Part shown: positions 1 through 10,850 of the stretch, one piece after another
Position numbering within the stretch: position 1 is the stretch's first letter
Layout of the letters: every line of letters begins with the position of its first letter
NCBI RefSeq assembly: GCF_001194135.2
Contig: NC_068987.1
Coordinates: 91,536,463-91,586,713 of the forward strand
From: Octopus bimaculoides
Taxonomy: Eukaryota
Direction of reading: 5' to 3'
Length of the DNA stretch: 50,251 nt
Translations under genes and position numbers: made by a program
The notes under the pieces: generated by a model
Told to the model about the DNA's origin: nothing
The model's database searches: none
The model's input: the letters and a program-made list of their open reading frames with translations, nothing else

Positions 1-44
<44 letters not shown>
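1..44. repeat. (AG)n microsatellite
   Basis: Pure AG dinucleotide run at the window start. Confidence 0.98.
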
Positions 45-48
<4 letters not shown>

Positions 49-411
49 CAAAAAAACTTGTAGATTTCAGCAGTCCAGCATGGCGAATGATATATATCGA
101 AGAATGTAAAAGGAGAAGAGAGCTTCTGACAATGCCGTAACTTTAATAAAACATATATATTTCAGGCACAAATCCACATCTTCAGAAGAAAGGAGCAACC
201 TAAGAAAAATCCAGTTATTTATGATCCGTTAATTCATTCAATGGACAGGGACTGCACCCTTTGACACGTTCCTTTGTGCCTGAAGTATAATGGCTTTATT
301 AAACTTTCCGCATTATCAGAAGCTATCTCTTTTCTCTCTTTTTACATTCTTAGATATTACAATGCTCCAAGCGAACTACAACGTTCTTATTATATGTTTG
401 TGCGTGTGTCT

Positions 412-604
412 TTTACCTTCTCCTTGTGTCAGCCTGTGGCCAGGCTGAAGGAATTTTAGTCGAATGAATGGAATTTAGTACTTACTCTCTTAAGGCCTGG
501 TACTTATGCTTTCTAATCGCTAGGTTGCAGGGACTTAAACAGAACAACACTGGTTGTCAAGCGGTGGTGGGGGAAGACACAGGCACACGCAGAGACACAG
601 ACAA

Positions 605-642
<38 letters not shown>

Positions 643-853
643 ACACACACACAAACACACACACAGTGGCACATACACACACACGTTCATACACACACAA
701 ATACACAAATACATGAGCGTCTTTCAGTATCTTTTATAAATGCACGCACAAGGTCGACTCGAGGCCATTGTAGAAGACAGTTGCCCAAGGTACCACCCAG
801 TGGGAATGAACCAGGAACGTTGTGGCCGGGAAAGAAACTATACCACACAGCCA
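412..853 (-). mobile_element. SINE family A (tRNA-like head, internal CA microsatellite), diverged copy
   Basis: Shares blocks with the copies at 1124, 8697, 34809 and 38049 (ttgcccaaggt..cagtggga.tgaacc.ggaac..tgtgg, taccacacagcca, ggttgtcaagcggtggtggggg). (CA)n tract inside. Boundaries approximate. Confidence 0.75.
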
Positions 854-1123
854 TGTCATATTGTGCGTTCTGCTTGCTAAAGGTTAGTAAGAATAACAGA
901 AACAACGACGACAGCTTTTGTTTCCTGAAAACTGCTAGTGTGAGAGCGACATGTATACCGAGTGTTTGTATTCAGCAGGTGCCAGAGACGAAGCCGATTT
1001 TCACAGAAAGCAACGGACCAAAGCAACTGATAGAGAAGAATATCATGTCCATATTTTGTAATTGGTAGCATAAGTCATTTTTAAGAAGCATAAAATGAAA
1101 TAAAACGCTCAATACACCGAACT

Positions 1124-1940
1124 GTTCTTTTATTCGGCTCAGTCATTTGACTGCGGCCATGCTGGAGCACCGCCTTTAGTCGGACAAATGAGCCCTAGGA
1201 CTGATTCTTTGTAAGCCTAATTGGTCTTTGTTGCCGAACCGTTAAGTTATGGGGGACGTAAAACACCAACATCAGTTGACAAACACTGACACACAAGTTA
1301 TACACACACACGTATATATATATATATATNNNNNNNNNNNNNNNNNNNNNNNNNNNNNNNNNNNNNNNNNNNNNNNNNNNNNNNNNNNNNNNNNNNNNNN
1401 NNNNNNNNNNNNNNNNNNNNNNNNNNNNNNNNNNNNNNNNNNNNNNNNNNNNNNNNNNNNNNNNNNNNNNNNNNNNNNNNNNNNNNNNNNNNNNNNNNNN
1501 NNNNNNNNNNNNNNNNNNNNNNNNNNNNNNNNNNNNNNNNNNNNNNNNNNNNNNNNNNNNNNNNNNNNNNNNNNNNNNNNNNNNNNNNNNNNNNNNNNNN
1601 NNNNNNNNNNNNNNNNNNNNNNNNNNNNNNNNNNNNNNNNNNNNNNNNNNNNNNNNNNNNNNNNNNNNNNNNNNNNNNNNNNNNNNNNNNNNNNNNNNNN
1701 NNNNNNNNNNNNNNNNNNNNNNNNNNNNNNNNNNNNNNNNNNNNNNNNNNNNNNNNNNNNNNNNNNNNNNNNNNNNNGTGTTTGGCCCCCCTCTGTGTTT
1801 GCCCCCCCCTCTGTGTTTGGTCCCCTGTGGGCGATAAAGAAATATATATAGTAGAAGATACTTGCCCAAGGTGGCACACAGTGGGACTGAACCCGAAACC
1901 ATGTGGTTGGTAAGCAAGCTACTTACCACGCCTGCGCCTA
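1124..1940 (-). mobile_element. SINE family A copy spanning an N gap
   Basis: Tail cagtcatttgactgcggccatgctggagcaccgcctttagtcg at about 1140-1182. Head cttgcccaaggtggcacacagtgggactgaacccgaaaccatgtggttggtaagcaagctacttaccac at about 1861-1929. Gap 1330-1777 falls at the internal TA tract. Confidence 0.8.
1778..1847 (+). mobile_element. 3' tail of a SINE family B variant, nested in the family A copy
   Basis: ccctctgtgtttggtcccctgtgggcgataaagaaata matches the tail at about 49139-49177 (ccctctatgtttagccccttatgggcaataaagaaataa). Confidence 0.6.
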
Positions 1941-2529
1941 CACCAAAATCTATATTGAAATATCTTTTAAAAATAACCAAAGGGAAATAAGCTTAGGCGG
2001 GCGAGTAGCATGAATTGATTACAAAGCGCAACTCTTCATTGTAACACACACAAAAAAATCCATAGCTGAAATCTCTCTTATTTGGAGACAAATAGTAACT
2101 ACTGTATTCAAACAAGGGGCTGGGGTGGAATTTGAAGAAATCAGAGCTTAATGTAGAATTATATTTCAAGCTTAAACGGAGGATAAATCCAACACTTATT
2201 TGCAGACTATGGAGATGTTTCAGTTAGGTGTTTTTAGTATAAAGTTTTCTAAACAAGCTGATAGATTACTTAATATAGATGGTGGCATAAAAAAAAAACA
2301 TCTAACGAACATTTTTGCCCGGTTTGATTTCTGTGATTTAAAATGTAATGGGCCGAGGAAAAATGACTGGAACGAACCGATGTTAGGAAGTAGGATAATT
2401 AAGTTAAAATGTGACGCACTGGATGCAGTACGCAAAAAAAATTGGTAATTATTGAAAATATTGCGTTATACACCATGAGCGGCCATTCGACAATACCCCG
2501 TAATGTTAGATATCGCAACTAAAGTTTCC

Positions 2530-2725
2530 ATTCGAACACACACACATATACGCATGCATATGTGTGTATAGTGTGTATTTATATGTGTGATCATGACTGT
2601 GTAGACATGCATATGTAATATATGTGTGCTGGCATGTGCAAGTACATGCACACACATCCATCCATCTGTACATACATGTTTATATATATACACATATACA
2701 TACATACATAAATACATATATACAT

Positions 2726-2774
<49 letters not shown>

Positions 2775-2880
2775 CGTATACACACACACAAATGTACACA
2801 CACACACACGTACATATATATCAACATTGTTTGTATAAATATATATTACGTCTCGATGTTTGTGTGTTTGTATGTACGTA
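2530..2880. repeat. Compound (TA)n/(CA)n/(TG)n low-complexity tract
   Basis: Direct reading. It explains the YIYI/HTHT pseudo-ORFs. Confidence 0.9.
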
Positions 2881-3057
2881 TGAGGTGCCATACATTAGTT
2901 GACCCTTCATGGCTCAAAGTCTGATAGTTTGGTAGTATTACTCCTAGTTTTTTTAAACAGTACCTCTGACAGAACACTCTGGATCAGGTGAATAATAGAA
3001 ATCATCTTATGTCATTTCTGATGCAGCACAGTTACGCTTTACGTATTTGAAAGACAC

Positions 3058-3232
3058 AATCCTTTCTACTAGAGCTACAAGGCCTGAAATTTTGAGGGAC
3101 GGAGCCAGTCGATTAGATCGACCTCAGTCGGCAGATTCCGATAGGATGAAAGGCAAAGTCGACCTCGGCGGAATTTGAACTCAGAACATTACGTTCTGAG
3201 TTCAAATTCCGCCGAGGTCGACAGACAAAAGA
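3058..3232 (-). mobile_element. SINE family B copy with internal fold-back inversion
   Basis: Core gatgaaaggcaaagtcgacctcggcggaatttgaactcagaac, followed by its own 30-bp reverse complement. Confidence 0.85.
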
Positions 3233-3240
3233 GATCCAAA

Positions 3241-3460
3241 TATTATTTTCTACTCTAGTCAAAATGCCCAAAATTTTTGGGGAGGGGACAAGCCGATTAG
3301 CTCGACACCAGCACGCAAATGGTACTTAATTTATAGACCCCGAAAGGATAAAATGCAAAGTTGACCTCGGTGGAATTTGAACTCAAAACATATAGACAGA
3401 CGAAATAGCGCTAAGTATTTCGCCGGGCATGCTAACGATTCTGCCAGCTAGACGCCTTCG
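3241..3460 (-). mobile_element. SINE family B, near full length
   Basis: Reverse complement of the + strand copies at 5499 and 49190: head (ggcg..agctggcagaatcgttagcatgcccggcgaaat), core (gaccccgaaaggat..aaagttgacctcggtggaatttgaactc) and tail. Confidence 0.88.
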
Positions 3461-4183
3461 AANNNNNNNNNNNNNNNNNNNNNNNNNNNNNNNNNNNNNN
3501 NNNNNNNNNNNNNNNNNNNNNNNNNNNNNNNNNNNNNNNNNNNNNNNNNNNNNNNNNNNNNNNNNNNNNNNNNNNNNNNNNNNNNNNNNNNNNNNNNNNN
3601 NNNNNNNNNNNNNNNNNNNNNNNNNNNNNNNNNNNNNNNNNNNNNNNNNNNNNNNNNNNNNNNNNNNNNNNNNNNNNNNNNNNNNNNNNNNNNNNNNNNN
3701 NNNNNNNNNNNNNNNNNNNNNNNNNNNNNNNNNNNNNNNNNNNNNNNNNNNNNNNNNNNNNNNNNNNNNNNNNNNNNNNNNNNNNNNNNNNNNNNNNNNN
3801 NNNNNNNNNNNNNNNNNNNNNNNNNNNNNNNNNNNNNNNNNNNNNNNNNNNNNNNNNNNNNNNNNNNNNNNNNNNNNNNNNNNNNNNNNNNNNNNNNNNN
3901 NNNNNNNNNNNNNNNNNNNNNNNNNNNNNNNNNNNNNNNNNNNNNNNNNNNNNNNNNNNNNNNNNNNNNNNNNNNNNNNNNNNNNNNNNNNNNNNNNNNN
4001 NNNNNNNNNNNNNNNNNNNNNNNNNNNNNNNNNNNNNNNNNNNNNNNNNNNNNNNNNNNNNNNNNNNNNNNNNNNNNNNNNNNNNNNNNNNNNNNNNNNN
4101 NNNNNNNNNNNNNNNNNNNNNNNNNNNNNNNNNNNNNNNNNNNNNNNNNNNNNNNNNNNNNNNNNNNNNNNNNNNNNNNNNNN

Positions 4184-4240
<57 letters not shown>

Positions 4241-4739
4241 ATACACATACATGCACACTCTTGCTTAATGTCAACGGAATGAGAAGGAAGTGCTGAATAA
4301 AAGTTGCTGAGTTGTAGAGGATATGTTTTTTTCATTAAAATTGAGGCTGAGCGTTTGTCTCTGGATCACGTGTCTCACGCAACTGCGATCTTCAGGCAAA
4401 AATCTCTCCTGAAGATTTTAAAGACTAAAACCAATAATATAAGCATAATAAAACAATATGTTAAAAAGGTTTTTGTTTCTAGAAATCCTTCACTGTGTCT
4501 TCATGCCTTACATTATGTCTATCTAATTTACATTATTCAATATTCTTTCTCATTTGTGCATGTTTTATTGATATCATATCCGTTTGACACTATTTGCTCT
4601 GAACCATTCCTGCTCGCTTTAATTTATATAAACAAAACATGAAGTTTACTTTCATAATGTAACCATTATGTTTCTTTCTTGTTCTACATCTCCCTTCTAG
4701 AAAGATTTTTTGCAAACAACTTGCACATGCAAGTGCTAC

Positions 4740-5320
4740 CAGTTGAGAATGCCGAATATCGGAAGCAAGCATGTATATGCGGTCATCAGAAGAGAATGCG
4801 CACTGTTTCGGGGCCTATCCTCGACGGCATCAATGCGCACCGCCCCCATCACTGATATAAAGCCTCACTTGCTAGATCAACTGGTTATTAAATAAAGCTC
4901 AATATTCTTCTAGCCATCGCTTATCGTCTCTTTTTAACCAAAACCAGTAGCTAGCCTTCTCCACTGTAGTTTGGATATCGGCCATGGTGGTAGTTACCTT
5001 ACGATGAGTTAATACTAACGATAACAGCAGTTGTCTCACATTGTGCCTAACAAACTCTTTACATCCAACTTCGATTGGAAAATGCTCCGATTTTTTTCTT
5101 CCCACTACTCGAGGAAGTTTACATAACTGTCAATCTTTCGAGTCCGAGCGGCGTCCATGTTATCTTCCTGAGGAACCGTTAACTCAATTAGATTCACAAC
5201 TTTCTTTCACACATTAAAATGTCCGGTTTTTTCGTAACTGGAATGTTTCTTTCTTGCTCTCCATCTCCCTTCTAGAATTATTATCATATTCCCCATTCGT
5301 CTTGTTTTTTCTCACAGCGG
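4740..5320 (-). mobile_element. HERO-like RLE non-LTR retrotransposon, 3' fragment (pseudogenised endonuclease plus 3' UTR)
   Basis: Minus-strand translation across frameshifts gives IPVTKKPDIL..VVNLIELTVPQEDNMDAARTRKIDSY..HFPIEVGCKEFV..EKASYWFWLKR. This is the PD..ELTVP.E..RK..Y restriction-like endonuclease followed by the FP(V/I)EVGC.GF motif I associate with the HERO clade. Stop at 4899-4901. Confidence 0.8.
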
Positions 5321-5463
5321 TCTTCTTCTTCTTCTTCTTCTTCTTCTTCTTCTTCTTCTTCTTCTTCTTCTTCTTCTTCTTCTTCTTCTTCTTCTTCTTC
5401 TTCTTCTTCTTCTTCTTCTTCTTCTTCTTCTTCTTCTTCTTCTTCTTCTTCTTCTTCTTCTTC
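5321..5463. repeat. (TTC)n microsatellite, about 47 units, followed by a short (TTA)n
   Basis: Direct reading. Confidence 0.98.
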
Positions 5464-5498
5464 TTTCTATTGCTGTTATTATTATTATTATTATTTTT

Positions 5499-5717
5499 AG
5501 GGCGGTGAGCTGGAAGAATCGTTGGCAAGCCGGACGAAATGCTTAGCGGTATTTTGCGCAACTTTATGATCTGAGTTCAAATTCCGCCGCGGTCGATTTT
5601 ATCTTTCCTCCTTTCGAAGTCGATAAATTAAGTAACACTCAAGCACTGGTATCGATGTAATCGATTATTCCCTTCAACACAAATTCCAGGCCTTGTGCCT
5701 ATAGTAGAGGGGATTAT
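5499..5717 (+). mobile_element. SINE family B, near full length
   Basis: ggcggtgagctggaagaatcgttggcaagccggacgaaatgc...ctgagttcaaattccgccgcggtcga...ggccttgtgcctatagtagaggggattatt. Confidence 0.88.
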
Positions 5718-6873
5718 TGTTGTTGTTATTAATATTGATCAATGATTTACTGTGGTATGCATTTGTTATTATTTTGATTTTAAACCGAATTTTTATTTTT
5801 CGACTCTATTCTGGTTTAATAATGACATCGTGTGGTCTATCTTATTCTATAAATTTAAATACTTGTTTCTACTACTTATTTTTAATGATTATTCGACTCA
5901 TCTCAATGTTTGTATTACTTTCCGTTACGGCTAACCGCTTTTTTTTTTATCCAACTACATACTGTTATCTTGAAAAGTGGTGGCCCTACCAGCTTCAAAT
6001 GCTTATGCGTTGAGTGGATAAACAGGAATACTGATGAAAATTTGTAAATCATAAATTATTTTATTATTCTGACTTCTCACAACTAACAGTCACGTGAATG
6101 TTTGAGAAGTTTTTCAGCTTTACTAAATTATTATCTTATGATGTTGGTATATCTGTATTTTTTCTCCCTCATCTTTTGCACTTATGGGCTCACAAGTGTG
6201 TTTATATATTATAATGATTATTTTGCGAAGATATGTTTATGTGACAGAAAACATCCTCTGCTAAAACCTCTTCTCGATTCATTAATTTCAGAAACTTATT
6301 TATTGTCATTAAAATTAGATTCCTTTTGCAGAATCACGGCAAAGTCAGCAAATTAAAATGAGTTTTTAAAATATTTGTTTTATTTTTTGATAAACTTTAA
6401 ATATTTCTTTTGTTGTTTGTATTCTTCAATACACCGTTTTATTCAAAGCACATCTAAGACCATCTTACGACCTGCTGAGGATAGAAACCCCGTACATTAC
6501 AAATGATTTTATACTATATTTATAGAATCTATACAGATAATTAAACTGTATCAGATATACAAAAGGATGTGAATGCCACGACCTGAAGGTCTTCTTTCAT
6601 AGTTTTGTTCTATGGCAACTGATCAGACACTACACAAAGAGATTGCAAGTGTCTCTCGAATCATTTGGTTGGTTAGATGGAGCACTAGGAGTCACTCGCC
6701 AGCATCTTGGCACAGGAAAGCCCACTTTTGCAATGTGGAAAAAAAAAGTGAAGTGATGTATAAACCCAAACACTGCCCGCCGCTTGTTCAACCAACCTAT
6801 AGATATAATATGTCTGTATGTATGTATCGTATGTACGCGTGAGCATATGTGTGTGCATGTATATATATATATA

Positions 6874-6929
<56 letters not shown>

Positions 6930-7134
6930 TATGTGCATGTGTGTGTGATTTTTCACTTTGCTTGTGAATTTTATAAACGTGAGAAGTTTTTGGTTTCGAA
7001 TCAATACATAACAATTGAAANNNNNNNNNNNNNNNNNNNNNNNNNNNNNNNNNNNNNNNNNNNNNNNNNNNNNNNNNNNNNNNNNNNNNNNNNNNNNNNN
7101 NNNNNNNNNNNNNNNNNNNNNNNNNNNNNNNNNN

Positions 7135-7174
<40 letters not shown>

Positions 7175-7616
7175 CATACATTTATGTGTGTGTGCGTGTT
7201 TGAGTGTATTTGTGACAGTGCAAATATTCGCTAGCCTTTTTGTTTTGTCACTTCTTCTGTGTCTTATAATAAACATCATCTTATAAATAGTGAACTAAGA
7301 TCGGTAAATAGAAGGCCTTCCCGAAAGAACTATTTTGTAAATGAAACATAATTAGAACAGCTGACAATTTGAATATAATAGTCTGATTAAACATTTCGTG
7401 CTAAAGAATTCATCGTCTCAGTATTACCGAAATTTAACAGGCGACTAATGTGGTCGTTATTTCCCCGATGTATCGTTATTGATGTTTGATTTAATATAAG
7501 AAAATTATCACGGGAGTGATTAGTCTTAGAAATGGAATTAATCTAAATAACGGCATTTTTTATAGATGATAGTAACAAATATTCTCTTTTTAATTCTCAT
7601 TAGTTTTTCTTTGAGT

Positions 7617-7630
7617 TATTATTATTATTA

Positions 7631-7695
<65 letters not shown>
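7617..7695. repeat. (ATT)n microsatellite
   Basis: Direct reading. Confidence 0.97.
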
Positions 7696-8271
7696 GTTAT
7701 TACCTTTATTGTTTTTCTTCGGTACTTATAGTGTTCGTGTTCCATTGACCATGATTGGAGATTATTGGTATGAATATTGGTACAGAACAGGGAGATATGA
7801 GCTGCTTCCTTGAACTGCTGTTTTAGACACGTCTTACTGAAAAAAAATGAAAAAAAGAAAAAGAAAATTAATAATATATATAAGTACTCTGTTACTTTAA
7901 GCTATTTAATCTATATTTGGTCGTTAAGCTTTTGTAGTCCAACATTAATTTTTATCCTTCATACATCCCTAAAATGATCGAATAAAATGCACTCGAATGA
8001 GTTCAATTGTCTATATTCAAATTCTGCAAAACTTAACTAGTAAGAAAACAATCAACTCTTATTTTTCTCAATTACATAGAGAAATAGGGAATATTTCTAG
8101 ATATATTGCAATCCCCAGTTACAAAATAATGGTAAATAACCAGTTACGAATTGTAAAGTGTAGCAAAAACAATTGTATTGTATTTTGTGATTAAGGTGAT
8201 CATCCTAATTCTCTTTAGGAGTTTGGGTTCAACATTTGTGATATAACTATGTGTACGTGCGCGCGCGCGTA

Positions 8272-8332
<61 letters not shown>

Positions 8333-8529
8333 AGTTCTAATCTCTGATGTGCAACAAGGCGGTCAGTGTCAAATCATTTTTTATGTTTGCAACTGGCAGA
8401 AAACTAAATAACCGTTACTTTCTGTTTTCAGCTAATTCCAGGGACAACTGACTGCGTATCTAGTTGGTGGAACCGCTGGATGGGTTCGGATGAAATTTTC
8501 AGGGATGTCTGGTCTCGTGACTGGCACCG

Positions 8530-9072
8530 AACTCTTTTACTCTTTTATTTGTATCAGTCATTTGACTTCAGCGATGCTGAAGCACCGCCTTAGGTCGAAC
8601 AAATCGTCCCAGGACTTATTCTTTATAAACCAAGTACTTATTCCATCGGCTTATTTTACCTCCGACAACCGGGGAATCATTTGTTGGCGCATTATTCTTT
8701 TATTCTTTTACGTGTTTCAGTCATTCGAGTGCGGCCATGCTGGGGCATCGCCCTGAAGACGTTTTAGTCGAACGACTGGAACACTATTACAAAGTTTTAA
8801 AGCTTGGTACTTATTATAAATTCTCTCTACTGAAAAGCAACGTTACGAGGACGTAAACATAACAATACAGGTTACCAACAGGCAGTGAAGGACAAACACT
8901 CACACACACACTCGACGGGCTTCTTTCAGTTTCCTTCTACCAAATCCACTCACAAGGCTTTGGTCCGACTTAGGCTGTAGTAGAAAACACTTGTTCAAAG
9001 TGCCACACAGTGGGACTGAACTCGGAGCCATGTGGTTGGGAAGCAAATTTCTTACCACACAGTCACACCTGT
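8530..9072 (-). mobile_element. SINE family A: full copy (about 8697-9072) preceded by a second tail fragment (about 8530-8680)
   Basis: Two tandem cagtcatt.gac/gag..gc..gatgct/catgct..agcaccgcc tails. Intact core gacgggcttctttcagtttcc.tctaccaaatccactcacaaggctttggtc and head cagtgggactgaactcggagccatgtggttggg. Confidence 0.85.
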
Positions 9073-10672
9073 GTCTATTTCTTGATTATTTCTATTTTGA
9101 TGGGTAAGTAAATGTGTAACGCGAGATTCTGGTATATCTAAGAACAATATAGGCCTAAGATAACTGAAATAGTATAAACCAAGTCCTGATACAGTTTTCT
9201 ATACATCATGCAACGATATTAAGGTTTGTATCAATGTAAGAAATCTTCAAATCATTACATATACACCGTCTCATTTACAGATCACTATACATGACATCAT
9301 ATCAACAGACGTGTGTTTATGAAGCTGGCAAAGACATTTTTATCTTGTAAAACACGCGATATCAAAAGAAGATATTTCAATATTTTAGGGCATCATACGG
9401 GGATTTAGAATTCAAAATTCTTGTACGAAAATCAATAACATGAATGTTGCAAATACACTGGACACGTGATTCCGTAGTCTGTGCAGACTTCTTTACATGA
9501 ATTGAAACATAATAGAAATTTATTACAATATTTTGAAACGAAGAACCTGCCATATATTGCTCTAGATGCACTTTGCCATGATTGTTTCAATCAAGTAAAA
9601 TGGTCAAACGAAAAAAAAAAAGATGTAGAGTCTTCTGTACTACGTGTACACGCAGACTACTCACCTGGGTTTCATTAGCAGACTCTTGAAGTACTAAGAC
9701 TCTTAAAGACTGTAGTGACTCTTCAAGTAGAAACTACTTCCTTGATTCATTATGTAGAATGGAAATTTGGTCGATGTGCATTGTTATGCATCAAATAGTC
9801 CTCACGTATTCTAGGAAGAAATATATAAAGTAATGTTGCATTGCAGCGTGGCACTCAAAGTAAATAATGAGACGTAAGCCAATAAAGTCAGACTCCTATA
9901 CTCGATATCTGATCTGAATTTACAGTAGTAGAATCATTTACTTAATTCCTCCCTGCAACTCAGTAACACCTGAACTATTACTGGCGGTGAAATGACACTT
10001 ATAAGTTATAAATGCCATATCCTAATTCAAATATTACTATGCTGTACCATTGGCCACCTCTATTTCACTTCCTATGATAAATGCGTTATTTGGAGTGTAT
10101 ATTACTTATTTTTATACACAGAGAATGCTTCTTAAACATCTTTCATTTATATTTTCAGATAACCGTTAGCCGCATCAGTTTTAGTTCATACACAACTAGA
10201 CTCAACAACATGCTTTTAATATGCTTTTAATCTTTCATCATGATAACATATGTATATCCGAATATGTTATTTGCTATTTCCCCCATCAAGTCTTCTGTAA
10301 CAATAATAATAATTTTTTGATGTATTCCTTTTTACAATGAGGAGAACAGTGATATGTAATTAATTTAATTTAATTTAATTTAATTTAATTAATTTCTGAT
10401 TATTCTACCAGTTTTTTACATATTAATATTGCTGTTTGAAACGATCGCATGCATGTATTAAAATTCTTTTCAAATTTTAACATCTTTACTTCTCCATCGT
10501 TGAGTTTCTTCGGGATACCATTCCATAAGTTCTAATAACACCATATACATGTAATATTTTCATATTCGCAAAAATCTTACGCCTGTCAGCTCCCAACGAA
10601 ATATGGAGAATCTTTGTTAGAAATCGCCCCTTTGGAACCCTACAAAGTAAAGGTTGATATAGAACTCAACCT

Positions 10673-10675
<3 letters not shown>

Positions 10676-10726
<51 letters not shown>

Positions 10727-10850
10727 CTAAAGATACCGATAGAATAGATGTTTGACTTTTAAAAAATATGTACTGGAGTCAATTTGTTTGACTAAACCTT
10801 TTAAGACGGTACTCCAACATGGCCTCAGTCCATACAAAAGACTGATTACG
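10676..10850 (+). mobile_element. (CA)n tract plus SINE family A 3' tail remnant
   Basis: gtactggagtcaatttgtttgactaaaccttttaagacggtactccaacatggcctcagtc resembles the tail of the + strand copy at 38370-38460. Confidence 0.6.

Noticed and set aside
8440-8525. accgctggatgggttcggatgaaattttcaggga, reminiscent of Helentron-associated (HINE/DINE-1-like) elements
   Set aside because: A single short resemblance, with no subterminal inverted repeats or 3' hairpin found.
9280-9900. Coding-like stretch including ORF 9481-9678 (possible decayed transposase)
   Set aside because: No recognisable motif in any frame. A translated search is needed.
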